Part shown: piece by piece, positions 48,870-55,163 of the stretch
How positions within the stretch are numbered: position 1 is the stretch's first letter
How the letters are laid out: each line of letters opens with the position of its first letter
NCBI GenBank assembly: GCA_964476005.1
Contig: CAYYZR010000002.1
Coordinates: 1-55,163, forward strand
Length of the DNA: 55,163 nt
Direction of reading: 5' to 3'
From: an uncultured Halomonas sp.
GTDB taxonomy: Bacteria > Pseudomonadota > Gammaproteobacteria > Xanthomonadales > Wenzhouxiangellaceae
The notes under the pieces: model-generated
Told to the model about the DNA's origin: nothing
Database searches by the model: none
Seen by the model: only the letters and a program-made list of their open reading frames with translations
Position numbers and translations under genes: made by a program

Positions 48870-49052
48870 TCAGCGGTTCTTCATGCTGCGTGCCAGCGAC
48901 ATGAAGCGGTCCAGCAACCAGGCGCCAAGCGTGGCGATCGCTTCATCGAAACCCATTGTCTGACGGCCACTTCCGGGAAGCAGGAGTTCCAGCAGCCCGC
49001 CGCAAACGGCGGCCCCGACAATCAGAAGCAGGATTGCCGGGGCGGCTCTCAT
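48870..49052 (-). CDS. Small membrane protein, fourth gene of the psp operon
   Basis: ATGA overlap with the pspC stop; hydrophobic N-terminus and amphipathic C-terminus. Confidence 0.55.
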   Translation of the reverse strand: MRAAPAILLLIVGAAVCGGLLELLLPGSGRQTMGFDEAIATLGAWLLDRFMSLARSMKNR

Positions 49053-49441
49053 GACTTGTCGATCTCCTGACGGATTCGATACTCGCGCGACGTCAACCAG
49101 GCCTCCATGCGCTGAAGTCGCTCGTCGAGTCGGCGGTAGCGGTTGTTGAGCGAAGAGACGCCTTCAACCGGAGCACGTCGTGTTTCGCGCCAGAATTTCT
49201 CATCGGCTTCGTCGGCATACATGTCCGGCGGTGCAACCGGGAGCAAAAGCGCCAGAAGCAGGTAGCCGATGATGATGACCGCCGTGAACGGAATGGCCAG
49301 CAGGACGACGCCGACCCGCAGCGCCGTCAGGTTGAAGCCGCTCCAGTCCGAGATTCCGGCACACACGCCGGCCAGCAGGCCGCGCTTGCGGTTGCGATAG
49401 AGACGATTTCTGCTGTAATTCTCGTATCGGTGGCTATTCAT
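49049..49441 (-). CDS. pspC: Phage shock protein C
   Basis: LYR...G..AGVCAG, TM, RLQRME.WLTS.EY. Confidence 0.92.
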   Translation of the reverse strand: MNSHRYENYSRNRLYRNRKRGLLAGVCAGISDWSGFNLTALRVGVVLLAIPFTAVIIIGYLLLALLLPVAPPDMYADEADEKFWRETRRAPVEGVSSLNNRYRRLDERLQRMEAWLTSREYRIRQEIDKS

Positions 49442-49665
49442 GACTTGCTCCTCCATTCCGGCGCGTCGGCGTCCAGAATGCGTTCCAGGTTGTGGATACG
49501 CTCTTCCATGCGCCTTGCGTTTTCATGCAGATCTTCAAGAAGTGACTCGTCCTTGCTGGTCAGGCGCTTGCTGGCCGAATTGCGCGTGGCATAGTGCAGG
49601 ATCAGCCAGATCGGTGCGACGATGACCAGAAAGAGGATGACCGGAACGAACAGTAGTTCGGACAT
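49438..49665 (-). CDS. pspB: Phage shock protein B
   Basis: VAPIWLILHY, RI..LERILDA..PEWR. Confidence 0.94.
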   Translation of the reverse strand: MSELLFVPVILFLVIVAPIWLILHYATRNSASKRLTSKDESLLEDLHENARRMEERIHNLERILDADAPEWRSKS

Positions 49666-49677
49666 GATATTGGTCTC

Positions 49678-50346
49678 CTATTGCTTTTCTTTTCGGCTGC
49701 TCTTGAGCGCATCCAGCTCGGCCTCGACGCGTTCATCGCGCTGAAGCTGTTCGATCTCTTCATCCAGCGACTTGGCCTTGCGGCCCATGTCCAGCGCTTC
49801 GGCCTCCGACTCGATATGATCGATGCGACGCTCGGCAGAGTCGAACCGGTTGAGCATGTCGTCGATCTTTTCGTTGTGGATCTGCTTCTTGCTCTTCAGC
49901 TGGTGCTGAGCCGACCGATGGCGCATGACGATTGCGCGCTGCCGCGCGCGGGCGTCGTTCAGCTTTGCCTGAAGTCGGGCAATGTCGTCGTCGTACTTGG
50001 TCAACTGCTCGTCGTACATCGACAGCTCTTCGGTCAGGTGCTGGATCCGGTCGCCCAGCGCGGTCTTCTCGGCCAGCGCGGCGCGCGCCAGATCTTCGCG
50101 ACCCTTGTCCAGGGCGAGACCGGCCTTGTGTTCCCAATCCAGCTTCTGCTGCTCCAGGCGCTTGAGCAGCCGGGTGCGCTCCTTCTTCTCGGCCAGGCAC
50201 TTGGCGGTTGCCGATCGGATCTCGACCAGCGTGTCTTCCATTTCCTGAATCATCAGCCGGATCATCTTCTCCGGATCCTCGGCTTTCTCCAGCGCCGCGT
50301 TCAGGTTTGCGTTGATGATGTCACCGAGTCGCGAAAATACGCCCAT
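49678..50346 (-). CDS. pspA: Phage shock protein A
   Basis: MGVFSRLGDIINAN, AEDPEKMIRLMIQEMEDTLVE, EDLARAAL. Confidence 0.96.
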   Translation of the reverse strand: MGVFSRLGDIINANLNAALEKAEDPEKMIRLMIQEMEDTLVEIRSATAKCLAEKKERTRLLKRLEQQKLDWEHKAGLALDKGREDLARAALAEKTALGDRIQHLTEELSMYDEQLTKYDDDIARLQAKLNDARARQRAIVMRHRSAQHQLKSKKQIHNEKIDDMLNRFDSAERRIDHIESEAEALDMGRKAKSLDEEIEQLQRDERVEAELDALKSSRKEKQ

Positions 50347-50390
50347 TTCAGTCTCCTTTTGGCTCGAACGGGTTGGGTTGCCAATGGATA

Positions 50391-50496
50391 TGCAAGGTAC
50401 GTGCCAAAGTTAAATTATTCGAATAATCAGATACTTGTCGTTTCCGGCCCTCGCGGCGGGCTGGTAAAAAATACCAATAAAGGCAAAAAAAACCAA
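50391..50496 (-). promoter_or_regulatory. Sigma54 promoter of pspA with an IHF site and two PspF-type UAS
   Basis: Minus strand TTGGCAC-gtacc-TTGCA (50407-50391); IHF AATCAG-N4-TTG (50425-37); palindrome TGGTA-N5-TACCA (50462-76) and a degenerate copy at 50481-96. Confidence 0.85.
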
Positions 50497-50643
50497 CCAA
50501 AAGCAGGGGTTGCGGCCACTGGATTTGAAGTTGAACCGCCAGGGAGGGAATCAGTCCAATGCTCGCACCGGAGGCGTTTACGAACGTGGTCGGGTACAAT
50601 ACGCGGTTTACACCGAAGCACTAATTTTTCAACCGGAGGTTTT

Positions 50644-51351
50644 ATGCTCAAGTTGTTTTTCAACGCGCTGGTCCTGGCGGCAGTCGCGTCGCCCGTCCTG
50701 GCGCAGGACCTGGAGTCCGATCAGGGCAAGCTGGGATACGCCATTGGCTACGAATTCGGCTCCGAGACCAGTCAATGGGAAGTCGATATCGAGGCGGTTG
50801 TCGCGGCCATTCGCGATGCCGACGCCGGGCGTGACCCTCAGGTGCCGGCTGAAGAAATGCAGCAGGTGCTGACCGCATTCAACGAGCGGGTGCGCGAACA
50901 GCGCATGGAACAGTTTCAGCGCCTTGCCGAAGAGAACAAGGCCCGCGCCGACGAGTTCCTGGCTGAAAACAAGTCCAAGAACGGCATCGTCACGCTACCC
51001 AGCGGCGTTCAGTACCGCGTCATCGAAGAAGGCGAGGGCAGCCGTCCGAGCCTGAGCGACACGGTTACTGTTCATTATCGCGGCTCCAAGGTCGATGGTC
51101 GCGAATTCGACAGTTCGTTCGCGCGCGGCGTCCCGGCCGTATTCCAGGTCGACAGCGTCCTCGAAGGCTGGCAGGAAATCCTGCCGCTGATGCGCGAAGG
51201 CGCCTACTGGCAGGTATTCCTGCCGCCGGAACTCGCTTTCGGCATGCGCGGTGATCCGCCGCTGATCGGCCCGAACGAAGCGCTGAAGTTCGATATCGAA
51301 CTGGTCCAGATCGGTGCGCCGGAAGAAGCCCAGCAGCAGGGCGGTCAATAG
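50644..51351 (+). CDS. FKBP-type peptidyl-prolyl isomerase (FkpA/Mip-like)
   Basis: Signal peptide, GYAIG, SGVQY, VHYRG, FDSS..RG, GWQE. Confidence 0.92.
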   Translation: MLKLFFNALVLAAVASPVLAQDLESDQGKLGYAIGYEFGSETSQWEVDIEAVVAAIRDADAGRDPQVPAEEMQQVLTAFNERVREQRMEQFQRLAEENKARADEFLAENKSKNGIVTLPSGVQYRVIEEGEGSRPSLSDTVTVHYRGSKVDGREFDSSFARGVPAVFQVDSVLEGWQEILPLMREGAYWQVFLPPELAFGMRGDPPLIGPNEALKFDIELVQIGAPEEAQQQGGQ

Positions 51352-51367
51352 CGCCGGTTTTTCGCCG

Positions 51368-51562
51368 ATGACCGAACTTGCTGCGAATCTGCATCCGATA
51401 GAATCGCCGTGCGTGAATATTTGCCGGCTAGACGAAAATGACGTCTGTGTCGGCTGTTTTCGCACCGCTCGCGAGATCGGCGAGTGGCTGTCGTATTCGG
51501 ACGAGAAACGCAGCGAAATCATCGAACGGCTTCCGGCACGCGCCGGAAGCCGTTTCGATTAG
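51368..51562 (+). CDS. DUF1289 small Cys-rich protein
   Basis: SPCVNIC.LD...C.GC.RT..EI..W. Confidence 0.85.
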   Translation: MTELAANLHPIESPCVNICRLDENDVCVGCFRTAREIGEWLSYSDEKRSEIIERLPARAGSRFD

Positions 51563-51601
51563 CACGCCGCCTCTGGTTCAGTTGGACTGATTTCGTCCGG
51601 C

Positions 51602-52216
51602 ATGGCACAAACTTCCCGGGAAGCGCTGGAGGCACTGCTTTCAGCTCGCCTCTATTCCCTCGATACCCCGCTTTCCGACCTGCCCGTCGGCGGCTACCGA
51701 CCGAACTCGGACAACCGACCGCGCGCCGCCGCGGTGCTCGTCGGCGTTACCGCCGGCCCCGAGCCGGCTGTTGTTCTGACGCTGCGCTCTCGACAGATGG
51801 AACATCACGCCGGCCAGGTGTCGTTTCCGGGCGGCGGACGCGATACACCCGGTGAATCGGTCGTTGAAACCGCACTGCGCGAAGCGCGCGAAGAGGCCGG
51901 AATCGAAGAGCGCCGGGTTCGCCCGCTGGGATACCTGGGGCGATACGACACCATCACCGGTTACCGCATGACGGCGGTGGTGGCAAGCCTGGACGCGAAT
52001 ATGACCTTCCAGCCCGACCATAACGAAGTCGAGAGCGTCTTCACGGTGCCGCTGGCCGACGTCGCCGACCCGGCGTGCTTTCGCCGCGACACCGTGCGCT
52101 ATGCTGGCCGACGCTTCGAGATCGTCACCTTCGAACACGCCTCGCACCACATATGGGGCGCAACCGCGGCGCTACTCGAGGATTTCGGTGCGCGGTTGCG
52201 ATCCGCCGGATTCTGA
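51602..52216 (+). CDS. nudL: Nudix CoA pyrophosphatase
   Basis: AAVLV, LTLRS..M..HAGQVSFPGG, ALREAREEAG, IWGATA. Confidence 0.88.
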   Translation: MAQTSREALEALLSARLYSLDTPLSDLPVGGYRPNSDNRPRAAAVLVGVTAGPEPAVVLTLRSRQMEHHAGQVSFPGGGRDTPGESVVETALREAREEAGIEERRVRPLGYLGRYDTITGYRMTAVVASLDANMTFQPDHNEVESVFTVPLADVADPACFRRDTVRYAGRRFEIVTFEHASHHIWGATAALLEDFGARLRSAGF

Positions 52217-52264
52217 GAATCTGAACAGCTCGGTTCGAACCCGTCTGCAGTCTGTTCCAGCCCG

Positions 52265-53038
52265 TCAGTAATTGCGCGTTCGGAGCACCGGATCCTGCCT
52301 GTAAAGCATGGCCAGCAGGCGATAGATTCCGGGCTCGAGATCGGCGAGTCTTTCGGGCCAGTCAAAAAAGTACTCCGACGCCACAGCGAAGAATTCGGCG
52401 GGACTGTCCGCGGCGTAGGGGTCGATTGATGGCTCGCCGCCGCAGCGAATCTGTTGCCCCAGTCGTCGGTACGCGGCGCTGAAGGTCTCTACCCAGTCGC
52501 GGTGAGTGATCTGGGGGGGCAGCGGCGGATAGCCGTCGGCATCGCCGGTGAGATGGTCGAGCTGGTGGGCCAGTTCATGCACCACGACGTGATACCCGTC
52601 GCCGTGTCCCGACTGGTGGACATCTGCCAGAGAAAGCACGACCGGGCCGCGATGCCAGGCCTCACCGGCGCGAAGGTCGCGTCCTCGATGAACCACGCCC
52701 GCCTCGTCGATTTCTTCGATATCCGACTCGAATTCGTCCTCGTAGAGAATGAAGGTGTGGAACTGGTTGTAGGCCTCGAGGCCGATTTCGAGCGCCGGCA
52801 GCGCGGCGTGGGCGGCAACCGGCAGACAGTGCTCCCAGCCGGGCTGAAAGCCCCCGGCGCCGTGGAATTGCTTGCCGGCGAGAATCATGGCCGCCAGCCG
52901 TCTGAGGCGCAAGCGCTCCTCCTGATTGAGCACGGCGAGGCAACGACTGGCGTTGCAGATTGCGGCAAACTCGGCCGCGTCCGGCATCATTTCGTCGGCC
53001 TTGCGCGACAGCAGACGCCTTCGGAACCAGCCGATCAT
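52265..53038 (-). CDS. mtfA: MtfA-like M90 zinc peptidase
   Basis: GEAW..GPVVLS, HELAHQLD, DPYAA.SPAEFFAV.SEYFF, YRQDP. Confidence 0.85.
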   Translation of the reverse strand: MIGWFRRRLLSRKADEMMPDAAEFAAICNASRCLAVLNQEERLRLRRLAAMILAGKQFHGAGGFQPGWEHCLPVAAHAALPALEIGLEAYNQFHTFILYEDEFESDIEEIDEAGVVHRGRDLRAGEAWHRGPVVLSLADVHQSGHGDGYHVVVHELAHQLDHLTGDADGYPPLPPQITHRDWVETFSAAYRRLGQQIRCGGEPSIDPYAADSPAEFFAVASEYFFDWPERLADLEPGIYRLLAMLYRQDPVLRTRNY

Positions 53039-53093
53039 TTCATGCTGGCCGGTTCTTCGGAAAGAATGCGTTTTCCGACATGTTCCTGGCGCC

Positions 53094-54149
53094 TCAGCCG
53101 GTCTTTTCCTTTTCTTTTTCCACGCCCAGTCGCTTGTGCATGATGGGGCTGGTGGTGGTGTATTGCAGGAACTGGCGTGCATCGGGGTCGAGGTGTTTTT
53201 GGACGCCGAACGCCGCCAGCGCCGCTTCGTGGAATCCGGACAGGATCAACTTCTTCTTGCCCGGGTAGGTGTTGATGTCGCCGACCGCGAACACGCCCGG
53301 GATGGACGTCTGGAATTTTTCCGTATCCACGGGAATCTGCTTCTTCTCGATTTCCAGCGACCAGTCGGCGATGGGTCCGAGATCGGGCGCCAGTCCCCAG
53401 AAAACCAGGACTTCATCGGCCTCGACCCTGATTTTTTCCCGCTCCAGGGTATTGAATTCGAGCGCATCGATGCGCCCGGGCACGCCCAGCGCTTCGCCTA
53501 CCGTCCCCTGTTGCTCGGAGGCCTTCCCCTGTTCGACCAGCTGCTTCATCTTCGCCACCGACGCCGGCTGGGCGCGGTACTCCTTGCGCCTGTGCGCCAG
53601 CGTGATGTGTTCGGCGATATCGGCAAGATCCAGCGTCCAGTCCAGCGCCGAGTCGCCGCCGCCGAGGATGATCAGGCGTTTTCCGGCGAACTGCTGCCGG
53701 TCGGTGACCTTGTAGTGGACGTTGGTGGCATTCAGGTTTTCCAGCCCTTTTGCACGCAACCGACGCGGCTGAAACGCGCCGAGCCCGGCGGCAATGATGA
53801 CGCTGCCGGCGTCGAACTCGGTGCCCTTGGAAGTCACGACCCGGAAGCGGCCCCCGCCATTTTCAGCGCCCAGCGCCTCGAATTCGGTGACTTCCTGGCC
53901 CAGGTGCACGCCCGGCTCGAACGGTCGAATCTGCTCGACCAGCTTGTCGACCAGCTCCTGTGCACCGATCGTGGGCCAGGCAGGAATGTCGTAGATCGGT
54001 TTTTCCGGATACAACTCGCTGCACTGGCCTCCGACCTGGGCCAGCGAGTCGACAAGATCGGCCTTGAGCCCGAGCAAGCCGAGCTCGAACACCTGAAACA
54101 GCCCGACAGGGCCGGCGCCGACAATCACGGCATCGGTTTTGATGGTCAT
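53094..54149 (-). CDS. TrxB-type ferredoxin-NADP+ reductase
   Basis: [52 protein letters not shown]; no CxxC. Confidence 0.88.
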   Translation of the reverse strand: MTIKTDAVIVGAGPVGLFQVFELGLLGLKADLVDSLAQVGGQCSELYPEKPIYDIPAWPTIGAQELVDKLVEQIRPFEPGVHLGQEVTEFEALGAENGGGRFRVVTSKGTEFDAGSVIIAAGLGAFQPRRLRAKGLENLNATNVHYKVTDRQQFAGKRLIILGGGDSALDWTLDLADIAEHITLAHRRKEYRAQPASVAKMKQLVEQGKASEQQGTVGEALGVPGRIDALEFNTLEREKIRVEADEVLVFWGLAPDLGPIADWSLEIEKKQIPVDTEKFQTSIPGVFAVGDINTYPGKKKLILSGFHEAALAAFGVQKHLDPDARQFLQYTTTSPIMHKRLGVEKEKEKTG

Positions 54150-54382
54150 GCAGATTCCCGAGTTTGAATTCGATTCTTTGTTCGATGCGGTTGAAGTCAA
54201 TGCGGCACCCACCGGCTCAAGGCCGTTTAGGTAGCATTGACGTTCCAAGAGTACATGAAGGCGGTCGTGTCGATGTCCAAGTTGTTGGCCAATCTTTTTT
54301 TCGCAGGCGGGCATGCGCCACCTGCTCCTGGGTCACCCTGCAGGCGCCGTGGCCGACGAGAGAGCGCGCAAAGGGCGGCGCG

Positions 54383-55072
54383 ATGAGCGGAAAAATTCGG
54401 CTGCACCCGGAATGGCTGCGGCATCTGGAATCGGAGTTCGAGCAGCCGTACATGATCGCGCTGAAGCGTTTCCTTCTGGAGCGGAAGACTGCCGGTGCCG
54501 AAATCTACCCCCCCGGCGGTCTGATCTTCAATGCGTTGAACTCCACGCCCCCGTCGCGCGTTCGGGTCGTGATTCTAGGCCAGGATCCCTACCACGGCCC
54601 CGGCCAGGCGCACGGGCTGTGCTTCTCGGTCCGCCCGGGCGTTCGGGTGCCGCCGTCGCTGGTCAACATCTTCAAGGAACTGCGCGACGACACCGGGTTC
54701 GTCATCCCGAGCCACGGCTGTCTGCAGTCGTGGGCCGACCACGGCGTGTTGCTGCTCAACGCCGTTCTGACGGTGGAGCGTGGACAGCCGGGTGCGCACC
54801 AGGGCAAGGGCTGGGAGCAATTCACCGACCGCGTCGTGGAGGTCGTCAACAGCGGCTCGCGGCCGGTGGTATTCATGCTCTGGGGCAGCCAGGCGCAACG
54901 CAAGGGCGCCGGCATCGACCGTAATCGCCACCTGGTGCTGACTGCGCCGCATCCGTCTCCATTGTCCGCCCACCGCGGTTTTTTCGGTTGCCGGCACTTC
55001 TCAAAGGCCAACGACTGGCTGGAGGGGCAGGGGATGACGCCGGTGGAATGGCGTCTTCCGGAAAAGATGTAG
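54383..55072 (+). CDS. ung: Uracil-DNA glycosylase
   Basis: GQDPYH, PPSL.NI, GVLLLN, HPSPLS. Confidence 0.97.
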   Translation: MSGKIRLHPEWLRHLESEFEQPYMIALKRFLLERKTAGAEIYPPGGLIFNALNSTPPSRVRVVILGQDPYHGPGQAHGLCFSVRPGVRVPPSLVNIFKELRDDTGFVIPSHGCLQSWADHGVLLLNAVLTVERGQPGAHQGKGWEQFTDRVVEVVNSGSRPVVFMLWGSQAQRKGAGIDRNRHLVLTAPHPSPLSAHRGFFGCRHFSKANDWLEGQGMTPVEWRLPEKM

Positions 55073-55163
55073 CCGTCAGTCATCGGTTGGCTCCGAGACG
55101 TCAAGCCCTTCTTCGACTGCGCCTTCAAATTCAAAAAAGATTTCGCCGCCCGCTACGCCGGCT

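Noticed and set aside
49681-50643. Apparent 321-aa N-terminal extension on the FKBP ORF (49681-51351)
   Set aside because: Antisense to pspA and runs through the promoter; the real start is ATG 50644 with SD GGAGG and a signal peptide.
52217-52264. GGTTCGAACCC, resembling a tRNA T-loop
   Set aside because: The spacer is only ~48 bp with no acceptor, D or anticodon arms; more likely part of a hairpin between convergent genes.
1-55163. CRISPR array, rRNA, prophage or anti-phage defence genes
   Set aside because: No regularly spaced repeats, rRNA signatures or recognisable phage/defence proteins; psp is an envelope-stress system.

Overview
GC-rich gammaproteobacterial chromosome segment. Gene order resembles Xanthomonadales/Wenzhouxiangella-like genomes; this is inferred from synteny and the MurL/MurD2 pathway. 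Most of it is housekeeping: aroC(partial)-asd-fimV-truA-trpFBA-accD-folC-dedD-cvpA-purF, a photolyase, epmA, phoB-ppk1-ppx, bepA, grxC, idh, thiD, murL-murD2, ispB, ssb, rmlBCD-manC, pspABC, an FKBP PPIase, nudL, mtfA, a ferredoxin-NADP reductase and ung. The standout accessory locus (40942-48045) is a five-gene exported redox system: a Tat multicopper oxidase, a Cys-less Tat SCO-like protein, a 636-aa secreted unknown, a canonical SCO and a cytochrome c fused to a large periplasmic domain. Its layout matches the iodide-oxidase (ioxABCDE-like) cluster I recall from Alphaproteobacteria; Mn(II) oxidation is the main alternative. Other points: an apparently eroded Pho system (phoB abutting ppk1 with no phoR, plus a stand-alone PstA N-terminal-like protein), a DsrE-DsrF fusion with a Cx10C DsrC-type partner, a GNAT-VanY fusion, an rml operon lacking rmlA, and three MITE/hairpin-like intergenic elements. 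No rRNA, tRNA, CRISPR array or transposase was seen. All family calls come from motif recognition by eye, not from database searches.
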